Below are positions 1-10,515 of a stretch of 64,000 bases of DNA, in pieces. Position 1 is the first letter of the stretch; each line of letters begins with the position of its first letter. The position numbers were made by a program, and so were the translations under genes. The notes beneath the pieces were generated by a model. That model searched no databases. It had not been told where the DNA came from and saw only the letters and a program-made list of their open reading frames with translations. This DNA is from Macrostomum lignano (taxonomy: Eukaryota), in the NCBI GenBank assembly GCA_002269645.1, contig NIVC01000152.1:310001-374000 (forward strand), written 5' to 3'.

Positions 1-1
1 C

Positions 2-657
2 TTTGTTGCTGCTTACAAAAAATGCAGTCTTATCACCAAACTGATCGGCGGTTTTCTAATTCTTTTCTACGCCCTTTCATTCTTCAAGGAATCAAAAAAG
101 CTGCTTGCTATTACTCCAGGCTATTTTATGCCCCCAAACTACTATGTTTGGACATTGTTCACTTTCATATTTTATGATGACCACTGGTATTGTGTAATCA
201 TTGATATTGTGACTCTCTTTTTCTCGAATACATTGCTTGAACCCCTGTGGGGCCAGAGAGAGCTGATGAAGTATCTACTTATTGTTACCGTAATGAGTGG
301 TTTGATGTGCTTCTTCCTTTGCTATTTTCTTTATCTGTTTACCTATTCTTTGCAAATAATTTTCAATACCCACATCCATGGAATGATTGCATATGCTGCA
401 GCTATCACTGTTGCAGTCCGGCAAACTCTGCCAGATGATATCATTTTGTCTCTGCCAATTGCTAATATTAAAAATCAACATCTATCTTTTATCTGTATGT
501 TAATTGTTATTTGTATGACTTTATTACACTTGGTCAATTTTGTGTATTGCTTTCTATTTATTTCTGGAATTTTGGTATCTTGGACATATTTACGCTTTTA
601 CCAAAAGCATGGTAATGGCCATCATGGTGATCATTCTGATAGCTTTGAATTTGCAAG
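2..657 (+). CDS. TMEM115: TMEM115 (rhomboid-like Golgi membrane protein), exon, 5'-partial
   Basis: The frame is open from position 2: ...LLAITPGYFMPPNYYVWTLFT...LLEPLWGQRELM...SWTYLRFYQKH...GDHSDSFEFA. This matches recalled TMEM115 motifs (TPGY.FPPN, LLEPLWG, WVYLRFYQ, GD..D.FAF). Donor AG|GTAAGC at 658. Confidence 0.92.
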
Positions 658-999
658 GTAAGCTATAATATATATACTAATTAATCAGCATAGCCAATAT
701 ATAAACATTATCATAAAATAGTTTTTGTTTATAGCCTTTTAGTTTTATTTTAAAATATTTTAACAAAATTTTTTATTTTTAATAGTGAAAATTAGCTCTT
801 TTTATTAGAAAATAAAGGTATATATATTTAAAATATTGTATTTAAATTGCTTAATTATCTAGAGTATTAATACAGTTTTTAATAAAAATATTTTATATTT
901 ATTTCTACCTGGTATAAAATAGTTAGCATAGATATAACACTTGAGGACACTTGCATTGTCATAGCCTTCCAAAAATGACACTAAGCAACACTAATCTCT

Positions 1000-1478
1000 A
1001 TTGTTGCTAGCACGACACTGACATGCAACACTGCCCTACAACACTAGCCTAGACTGTCGCTGGCATGATATTGACATGTGACACTGCCCTACGACACTGG
1101 CCTAGACTGTTGCCAGCACAACATTGACATGTGACATTGCCCTATGACACTGGCCTGGACTATTGCTGGCACAACATTGACATGCAACACTGCCCTAAGA
1201 CACTAATCTGATACTTATCCAACACTCATCTGACATTTACCTGATACTCATCTAATACTCATCCAATACTCATCCGATATTGCCTGACATGCATCAATCT
1301 GACACTTATCTGACACTACTCGACACTCATCCAACACTGCCCAACACTCATCCAATACTTATCTGACACTCATCAGACACTGCCCAACACTCATCTAACA
1401 CTCATCTGACACTTATCTGACACTGCCAGACACTCATCCAACACTGCCCAACACTCATCCAACACTCATCCGATACTC
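1000..1478. repeat. Degenerate minisatellite: 53-bp units (1028, 1081, 1134, 1187), then ~16-bp ACACTCATCCGAC-type units
   Basis: Units align with period 53. The variable sites are mostly CG/TG/CA. Confidence 0.85.
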
Positions 1479-1499
1479 ATAGTCTTTGAAGGAAAAGTC

Positions 1500-2847
1500 A
1501 ACAACTAAAAGAAAGAATAAATTGGCTTATAATGATAAGGTCAGCAGTGAAAACACTGCCTACTAGATTGTCCATTTTAAGATCCAAAACAGCAAGTGGC
1601 TTCAGTTAGCCAGACCCAATTTTCAAACAGTTCCTGATCCAAGGGGGCAGCAGGAATATTCCGTAGGATATGAAGTTACAAGTTCGAATAGCCAAAGGTG
1701 GTAATTCAAAGGCAGCCCTGCATGAAGCCACAATCTTCAAGGGCCCATACTCCACTAAGGGACAATTGAAAGTTGTCTTAAAGTGCTACAGGCAATAGCC
1801 ATTGGTACTGACCATCAACTTGGTGAGTAAGTGCACTTGTTACCCCTTTCTGCAGCAAGACCTTTTGAGTTTGCATGCCAAAATAGAGAAAAACATGCAG
1901 ATGCATGATGAAAAGCGTTGCACTAAACATAGTCTAACTACAAGCTACAAAGCTGAGACAGGAGAAGACTGCAGAGATCTTGCAGTTGCAAGAACAAGCT
2001 GAGAAGTTGCGCTTATTGGCAGCTGCCAATAGACAAAGCGCAGAAAAGATACTAGACAAGTGTAAATGGAGCATCAAGATGCTTGAGACTAAGTGCTGCG
2101 TCATAGAGGATGCATTTACTGACGCCGCACTGGCTATGACTTGAAATCTAAATGTTGTCAAGGATAGCAAAAAAGTCATAGTTGCAATCTCCATCACTCA
2201 GTCATAGTCTGAAGATGATACTGCCAGATTGCATGAGGCTACGAAAAGCACTGGAAAGTGTAGCAGTTTTCAGCATCATCCCAAACAGCAATAGTGCTGC
2301 TAATGATATGTCATTGCTATAGAGTAGTGGTCTGTCCAAAGTCGGCGAGGATGCTTCAACCAAGGCTCAGGTCAGTTATGCTAACCTGAATGCAGATGTC
2401 AAAATTCTGGCCACTAGCCTTGCCACGGCAAAAGGAGCTTTTTTGAGCACTTAAAGGGTGCATCTGCCAGTTCTAATGAAAGTGACTTCTAGAAAACAAA
2501 CAAGAATGGAAAGAAAGGCTGACAGAAGTCCAATACCATAGCATTGGACAGGGGTCTGCAAGTTCTCCTCTGGGCGTATTTCATACCTGAGGAAATGGCC
2601 AAAACGTCTTACCAAGGAAGAGCCACTAGACAGCGCCAACAGACTGGCTGCTGATGAACATCAAAGAACAGCTATAGAATCTTATCTAGATGCAATGAGG
2701 CTGAAAAGCATTGGTCTACGTAGAATTCTATGTCTGTATAGTCACATGTTGGAAACTGAAAGAAAGAAGATGAACATTGGCAATGACAAGGCAGGTGACG
2801 GCGGCAATAAGGCACTTGACGGTAGCAATCAATCAAATGGCATTTAA
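1500..2847 (+). pseudogene. Hypermutated coding relic (coiled-coil region plus possible BEN domain) nested in the TMEM115 intron
   Basis: Frame-3 LRQEKTAEILQLQEQAEKLRLLAAANRQSAEKILDK at 1953 onward. Stops TGA 2142 and TAG 2205 revert to CGA/CAG. GLQVLLWAYFIPEEMAKTSYQG...ADEHQRTAIESYL...ETERKK at about 2550-2770 resembles the BEN domain pattern. Several frameshifts. Confidence 0.45.
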
Positions 2848-3097
2848 TTTTTTTCTAGTGTCTAAATGCTTTTAATAATACATTATTAGCTTTTAAGTAA
2901 AATTGTCTTTTTTAATAATATTATTACCTAGGGTGAAATTGTATTAAATAGGTCTAGTTTTATAACAAGTATTGACTAAAGAACAATTTGCAAAATTGCT
3001 TAACCTAAATTTAAACTTTAGATAAATTAAAAAAAAACTTTGCAATAAAAATGTTTATTGAAGGGCATTCTTTCATTTTATGATACCCATAGCCCAA

Positions 3098-3820
3098 TTG
3101 CTTACTTGCATCAATTTCATTATACAATACCTAATGGAAAATAAGAATTGAAACAGTTGTAGGCACATTGCAAAAATCCTACTTCTAGCTTACTAGAGTA
3201 CAATCCTCACATTCACTTTTGTTATACAATGCCTTAAATAGACAATTTGTTAATAATGTATCATGAAACAAAAGTGAAGGGTGTGGAAGCAAAAATGATA
3301 GAGAATAGTAAAAGAGGAAAATGGAATTTTACTCACTTATTGGACTTAACTATTCTGTCCTTTCTTTTATAATTGTAATGACTCAGGAGTCAGGCAGTGT
3401 TTGTGGCGTGCGAGAAAAAGCCTTAACCCTCCAAGTAGGGTGAGACAATATTTATATTTGGAAGCGATCTGATTGCAACGTGCACAATTGAGCCGGGTGC
3501 CTTATGTACATAAGTTGAGTAGCGACATGTACGTGCTAATACAATGTACAAGCTAGTACTAGCCAGAGTGGCATTACAATAATATATACTAGTTTTTTAG
3601 TTTTAGGTCTTTTGTTTCTTTGCTATATACCTCTCTTCACTTTTGTTTTACAATACATTATTAACAAATTTCCCATTTAAGGTATTGTATAATGAAAGTG
3701 AATATAAGAATTTTGCTCTAATAAATTACAATTGTATGATTTTTGTGATCATAAATACATCTATTTCAATTCTCACTATTTAAATTGGTTATCATATAAC
3801 AAAATTGATGCAAAATGCAA
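3098..3820. mobile_element. Foldback/MITE-like element with ~175-bp diverged inverted repeats
   Basis: 3106-3280 is the reverse complement of 3635-3813 (e.g. CTTCACTTTTGTT...ATACATTATTAACAAATT...ATTTAAGG.ATTGTATAA). The mismatches include TG/CA pairs. Confidence 0.7.
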
Positions 3821-4390
3821 GTCAAACAAAAAACAAACAAAAGAATGCTGTTTAAAGTTTACTTTTCAATAAAGGTAAGATAGGAATCTCTATCTTAGTT
3901 TTTTATCCAATTTAACCTTATACATTCACAATACCTAGCCAAGCTAGCCAATCTATTGGGTAAAAAAAAGTTGACATAGTTTTTAAAGTTTGCAGGTTCC
4001 ATGTTTATAGATTTTATTATATTTACTATTGATAATCAGTTTTAATATTTCAAATAAATTTATAGAATCAAATATGAATCAGAAAAATATTAGAAGTAAA
4101 TTTATTGTCATTGATCTAGGATCCAAATTCAATATGTAAAATTTAGTTTTGATGTATAATAATTTGCACTGTCACAAAAATCTTGTTACTACTTTAAAAA
4201 AGGTTTTATTTTAGATGGGCATTTGGCAAAAATGAATATGTGCTCAGTTGCTAAAGTTATAAGCAAATCCAAATATTGTCTACCTAGTTGTCTCATTGGT
4301 CTAAGAGACTGGTATCTGGGGTAGATAAGATATTAAATATTCAAATTCATAGTCAAATCTCACTTAGCAAAGTCGCTTAAATAATTTTAG

Positions 4391-4692
4391 ATTCTTCCCC
4401 AACCACCTGGTGCCGCCAGTGTCAATTGTGGCCAATGCCATCTTCTCTCTGCTAGTTCGGATCCGTCTGTGCAAAAAGTTCGAACGCCAGGTGAGCGCCG
4501 CCCCCCTGTCTGGCGTGGTTGTCCGCGACCCGGACGAGAGCGAACGGCGCAAGCAGATGGCGCTTAAGGCGCTCAATGATCGCCTGCTTAGCGCTGGGCA
4601 CGAGCCCTGGCCAAGGGATGCGCCCAGCCCTGCCGCCGCTGCCGCAACTGTAGTTGCCGCTTCGGCCACCAGCACTACCGCTGATATTGCTG
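4391..4692 (+). CDS. TMEM115: TMEM115 exon (C-terminal conserved region)
   Basis: Acceptor TTTTAG at 4390. The phase joins the previous exon to give FARFFPNHLVPPVSIVAN...DPDESERRKQMALKALNDRL (TMEM115 ERRRQLALKALNERL motif). Donor G|GTAAGC at 4693. Confidence 0.92.
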
Positions 4693-4771
4693 GTAAGCCA
4701 TGGGCATGTGCACGAAAACTGGCCTTGGGAGGGGGTTGGGGTTGTCGTGCAACTCACCACCTATGAGGGGC

Positions 4772-5584
4772 GCTTTCATCCGAAGCTTCACAATGCCAAG
4801 ATTTCAGAAACCCGAAGCTTCACAATGCCAAGATTTCAGAAACCCGAAGCTTCACAATGCCAAAACTTCACAAACCCGAAGCTTCACAATGTCAAGACTT
4901 CTTAAACCCGAAGCTTCACAATGCCAAAACTTCACAAACCCGAAGCTTCACAATGTCAAGACTTCACAAACCCGAAGCTTCACAATGCCAAAAGTTCACA
5001 TACCCGAAGCTTCACAATGTCAAGACTTCACAAACCCGAAGCTTCACAATGCCAAAACTTCACAAACCCGAAGCTTCACAATGCCAAAACTTCAGAAACC
5101 CGAAGCTTCACAATGCCAAAACTTCAGAAACCCGAAGCTTCACAATGCCAAAAATTCAGAAACCCGAAGCTTCACAATGCCAAAACTTCAGAAACCCGAA
5201 GCTTCACAATGCCAAAACTTCAGAAACCCGAAGCTTCACAATGCCAAAAATTCAGAAACCCGAAGCTTCACAATGCCAAAACTTCAGAAACCCGAAGCTT
5301 CACAAACCCGAAGCTTCACAATGCCAAAACTTCACAAATCTGAAGCTTCACAATGCCAAAACTTTACAAACCTGAAGCTTCACAATGCTAAAACTTCACA
5401 AACCCAAAGCTTCACAATGCTAAAACTCCACAAACCCGAAGCTCCACAATGCCAAAACTTCACAAATCCGAAGCTTCACAATGCCAAAATTTTCCAAACC
5501 CGAAATTTCACAATGTCGAATAGTCGAAAATCTCATCTCTACACTACAGTGCATTTCGACATTGTAAAATTTAGGGTTTGTGAA
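4772..5584. repeat. 32-bp minisatellite (AAACCCGAAGCTTCACAATGCCAAAACTTCAC) ending in an inverted unit
   Basis: About 23 units. 5496-5520 and 5555-5579 form a 23/25-bp inverted pair. Confidence 0.95.
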
Positions 5585-5793
5585 TTACGACCCACTCCAT
5601 AAGTGCAACCCCCCCCCCACAAAGACAGATTATAAAGTCGGGGCAGCTGTACACCTGTGAGCGTGCGTACCCATGGGTCAGGAGGAATAGACATGATTCG
5701 GAGTGACCCTCCCTGCAGTGGGTCAGGACGCATTTCTATTCCATAGCTTATTCCATGCACCACCCACCGGCTTCCCTTTATCCGCCTCTGCAG

Positions 5794-6020
5794 ACCAACT
5801 CACTGAGCAGCCTCATCAGCAGCCGCAGAGCTCGCCTGGCCATAAGACTCTCAGCTCATCTGAGCTGCGCCAGCTGCCTGTGCCGGACTTCCGTCCTCAG
5901 GCTGTCGCCGCCACCGCAGCCGCCGCCGCCGTGGTCGCTTCGTCAACGCCGACGGCCGCCAAGTTGCCGCAATCGTCGAATCCCGACGCAGCTGCCGGCG
6001 GCTCTTCGTCGACCGCTTAA
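5794..6020 (+). CDS. TMEM115: TMEM115 last coding exon (low-complexity tail)
   Basis: Acceptor CCTCTGCAG at 5793. The phase-1 junction gives D-QLTEQPHQQ...GGSSSTA and TAA at 6018-6020. AATAAA at 6252. Confidence 0.75.
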
Positions 6021-6557
6021 AATAGGTCGATATTTCCTGGAATTTCATTGCATCAATTTCCTGGAACCTTGATTCGATTGGACTGCAGTGGCTGGATACT
6101 ACATACGAAATCTTACTGTTTTTTGCACAGTTAATTTATGCCATTTTGCGTGTTCTATCGCACTACTTGTAGTAAGAAGCGCTTAGGATGCAAATTAAGT
6201 AATTGGAAATTTCTCAGTTTGTTGAAGATTCTGTAGAAAAACGATATAAGAAATAAAATTGGCCGATCTTGATGCGCTGTGTACTGTTGTGTTAGCTTTT
6301 TATGCGTCCTGTTTGGTTTCTCACCCGCTTTGAATAGTTTTCTTGGTTAATCATTAGTTTTATGGCCTTCAATTATTTTTTCAGCGCTTTGATCAATAAT
6401 TGTTTTTTGACATTCCCGCCCGTCACACTGCCAGTAGACTGAGATTCATAAATAGATTGCATACGCATAGTAAATGTTGTTTTTGTGTTCCGGCGAAGTT
6501 TTTGTCAACCATAAACCGTTTGTGTAATCTCCCAATGGCCTGCATCTCATCAACTCG

Positions 6558-6760
6558 TAGATCAAAGACTAGCGGTCCCTATATAGATCAAAGACTAGCC
6601 GCCCCTATATAGATCAAAGTCCAGCCGCCCCTATATAGATCAAAGACTAACCGCCCCTATATAGATCAAAGACTAGCCGCCCCTATATAGATCAAAGACT
6701 AACCGCTCCAATATAGATCAAAGACTAACCGCCCCAATATAGATCAAAGACTTGCCGCCA
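6558..6760. repeat. 26-bp minisatellite (ATATAGATCAAAGACTAGCCGCCCCT)
   Basis: About 7 direct tandem units. Confidence 0.95.
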
Positions 6761-6775
6761 TATATATGAGACTGA

Positions 6776-7113
6776 TATGAGTAGGGGTTGTAGCCTAGTG
6801 GTTAGGAGTAGGGGTTGTAGCCTAGTGGTTAGGGCGTCGGACTCACGACTTGAAGGTCGGGGGTTCGATTCCCGATCCCTCTGCAACAATTTGTGTCCTT
6901 GAGCAAGACACTCAACTCTGCATTGCTTCAGCTGTAAAATGGGTGCCAGCATTAGCTGGGGTAATTGAGGGTGTGTGTGGCGACCCCCCAGTCCTTGGAC
7001 TGAACAGCCGTACGCAGCCTTCAGATGCGCCGCGCAATAGCTGCGGCTGAGCTGTCGGTTGCACATCTGCCCATTGGGCAGGTGTAATCAATTATTATTA
7101 TTATTATTATTAT
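6776..7113 (+). mobile_element. tRNA-derived CORE-type SINE (family A), full length
   Basis: A box TAGCCTAGTGG, B box GGTTCGATTCC, MIR/CORE-like TGTGTCCTTGAGCAAGACACTCAAC...CTGTAAAATGGG and an (ATT)n tail. An 11-bp TSD TATGAGACTGA lies at 6765-6775 and 7114-7124. Confidence 0.85.
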
Positions 7114-7871
7114 TATGAGACTGAAAGAGACAAAAAAAGACCAACAGTCGTTTTTTGAAGAAATTTGTACTTTTTTAAAACGCATAGCAGAGGCCATACT
7201 AGCACATTGTAATTCATAGAATTAGACCCCAATGAAAGAGAAAATAAATAATTTTCTCATTGTCTCAAAATTATCCCACAATTCGCCATTATATATATTT
7301 GTCATTTTGTGTCCTTTCAAAATATTAGTCTGTAATTTTCCCACCTGTGGTTGCTTTAAATATTTTTATCATCGTTGTAAAAATACTTTAATCCTACTTA
7401 CAGTAAGTAGGTTTATTGTTAACCGAATAATCTATTGCTATCATCAGTAACAAAATGATTTATTGAGTTTAAATTGAAATTAATGTGCCTAACATTTGTG
7501 TTAACAATGTTTTAAGGTGTCAGCAATTCCTTGAATTCAATATTCAGCTAAGCGAAGCGATAAGTTTGTGTATTAAACTAGATGTTCATGCACTTTCAGT
7601 GTGGCTATTGTTGTCCCTGTTATATCCTTTTTGGTTTCGGATCCGTTACTCAACTTGATTGTCTGTTTTGAGAACAAAATCCACTGCGTCTAAAAAAGTT
7701 AAACAAAAAGGCCTTTGAAAGAATGTCGCACATCTGTTAATATTAACAAATAAATTCTTGTTTATTACAGTTGCTGTATAAAGCCTATTAAACTTTAAAT
7801 TATATATATTTACGTTTGTTTTTATCTCATGGGCTTTTTGAGTCATAAAATTGAGGGGTACAAGTTTTGAG

Positions 7872-9325
7872 GGCGATTCTGTGAGATTTGTTGGGCGATT
7901 CTGTAAGATTTAAGAGCGATTCTGTAAGATTTGTTAGGCGGTTCTGTAAGATTTGTTAGGCGGTTCTGTGAGATTTGAGGGTGATTCTGGGAGATTTGTT
8001 GGGCGATTCTGTAAGATTTGTTAGGCGGTTCTGTAAGATTTGTTAGGCGGTTCTGTGAGATTTGAGGGTGATTCTGTAAGATTTAAGAGCGATTCTGTAA
8101 GATTTGTTAGGCGGTTCTGTAAGATTTGTTAGGCGGTTCTGTGAGATTTGAGGGTGATTCTGTGAGATTTGTTAGGCGATTCTGTGAGATTTGTTAGGCG
8201 ATTCTGTGAGATTTGTTAGGCGATTCTGTAAGATTTGTTAGGCGGTTCTGTGAGATTTGTTAGGCGATTCTGTGAGATTTGTTAGGCGGTTCTGTGAGAT
8301 TTGAGGCTGATTCTGTGAGATTTGTTAGGCGATTCTGTGAGATTTGTTAGGCGATTCTGTAAGATTTGTTAGGCGGTTCTGTGAGATTTGTTAGGCGATT
8401 CTGTGAGATTTGTTAGGCGATTCTGTAAGATTTGTTAGGCGGTTCTGTGAGATTTAAGGGTGATTCTGTGAGATTTGTTAGGCGGTTCTGTGAGATTTGT
8501 TAAGCGGTTCTGTAAGATTTGTTAGGCGGTTCTGTGAGATTTGTTAAGCGGTTCTGTAAGATTTGTTAGGCGATTCTGTGAGATTTGTTAGGCGGTTCTG
8601 TAAGATTTGTTAGGCGGTTCTGTAAGATTTGTTAGGCGGTTCTGTGAGATTTGAGGGTGATTCTGTGAGATTTGTTAGGCGATTCTGTAAGATTTGTTAG
8701 GCGGTTCTGTGAGATTTGTTAGGCGATTCTGTGAGATTTGTTAGGCGATTCTGTAAGATTTGTTAGGCGGTTCTGTGAGATTTAAGGGTGATTCTGTGAG
8801 ATTTGTTAGGCGGTTCTGTGAGATTTGTTAAGCGGTTCTGTAAGATTTGTTAGGCGGTTCTGTGAGATTTGTTAAGCGGTTCTGTAAGATTTGTTAGGCG
8901 ATTCTGTGAGATTTGTTAGGCGGTTCTGTGAGATTTGTTAGGCGGTTCTGTGAGATTTGTTTGGCAATTCTTTGAGATTTGTTAGGCGATTCTGTGAGAT
9001 TTGTTTGGCAATTCTTTGAGATTTGTTAGGCGATTCTGTGAGATCTGTTAGGCGATTATGTAAGATTTTTTAGGCGATTCTGAGATTTGTTAGGTGATTC
9101 TGTAAGATTTGTTAGGTGATTCTGTGAGATTTGTTAGGCGATTCTGAGATTTGTTAGGTGATTCTGTAAGATTTGTTAGGTGATTCTGTGAGATTTGTTA
9201 GGCGATTCTGTGAGATTTGTTAGGCGGTTCTGTGAGATTTGTTAGGCGGTTCTGTGAGATTTGTTAGGCAGTTTTGTGAGATTTGTTGGGCGATTCTGTA
9301 AGATTTAAGGGCGATTCTGTGCGAT
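7872..9325. repeat. 22-bp minisatellite (GATTCTGTGAGATTTGTTAGGC)
   Basis: About 65 tandem units with interspersed variants. Confidence 0.97.
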
Positions 9326-10515
9326 TTAATTGTGGGTTTTAGATCAATTGCGATTATTTGAGGCATTATTTGAGAAATCTTTTACATAGATAGAATCTTT
9401 TATAGGTTAGAAATTTTTATACTTAAACAAATCAGCTTTGAGTCTGCATGGTGCTGTAACTTTCGGCGCCTCATCGGGGCAGCTGGATAGAGCAATTTAT
9501 CTTCTGCAACGAAGTGAGCATTGCTCGATCGTGTGTCGTGCTAATTCCTATGCACTTTTATTTTCGCGCCGAGATGGCTTAGCAGCCAATGCAGCGCAAG
9601 TGCGCAGCCTGTGCAGCCCCGGTTACCAGCTGCGTTATAGCTTGCAGATGCGTAGATTTTTTTGTGCAAAAACTTTTCCCACTAACTAAAGCAATACGTG
9701 CATATGCCTGCTGCCGGACCAACCAAGACTTAAGCTGGGGATTTAGCCATTGGGAGGCCGACCCTAGCAGAGGCTTAGTGACCGCTGATGACATTTGCTC
9801 GCTGTTGTGCTCTCTGCCTCATTCCGTGGACCCTTGACTGTATTCAGGGAGGCTGGGGGCAACAAATGTACATTTGTTGGGTGCGCCAAGGATCGGCACG
9901 CTTGCGCAGTTGAACTTCGCACCCCGACCGCCCCCCCCCCCGTGACCCGAAAAATCCTTTTCCGTTTTGCCCCAATATCACCCTTTGCGCGCCATCCTAG
10001 ATGCTTGAATTATATACAGGTGAAATGATGACCTGACTCAGACTTGGCTGAACCCAATCGATTCATAAACAGCATTCGTTCTCGCTGATGTAGGTATATA
10101 CAATAAATATAACAGATTGGGCGAACTGTTTATAGTGTCAGGCAGCGCTTGGGAATCTGGGCACTAGCAGGAATGAGAATAAAGTGGTGGTGCGTTAGAT
10201 TAAAGTGCAGTGCAGTCAGCTTCCTACCCCCGTACTGTGTCAATAAAAGCAGCAAATTCGAAATATCAGAAAGCTATCGATTTTGCTTTGGCTTTTGCAG
10301 TACCCAATGACTTGTGTGGCAGCGGCTTCACCTCATGTGACGATGCACCGACTTTATTACCCGGGCCTTTGTAGTAAAATTTACTGTGTGTAGCAGACAT
10401 TGAGATAGGAAATTTAGTGCGCCATCTTCGGAGGCTTTAGCTGTCTTGGATTATATCCCTGGAATTTAGCGTTACAATAGAGCTGCATCATGCCACATTC
10501 ATCACTCGATCGTAT

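Noticed and set aside
6790-6875. tRNA gene
   Set aside because: A/B boxes are present but there is no complete cloverleaf; it continues into a SINE body with tail and TSD. The same applies to 55300-55373.
7450-7800. Possible decayed retropepsin on the minus strand (INRCATF ~ IDSGAT; TIKLSNGSETK..ITGTTIATLKV)
   Set aside because: It requires several substitutions and frameshifts, and no neighbouring gag/RT or LTR was found. Too weak without an HMM search.
9860-9879. Perfect 20-bp palindrome CAACAAATGTACATTTGTTG
   Set aside because: It is isolated, with no associated element or second copy, so no function can be supported.
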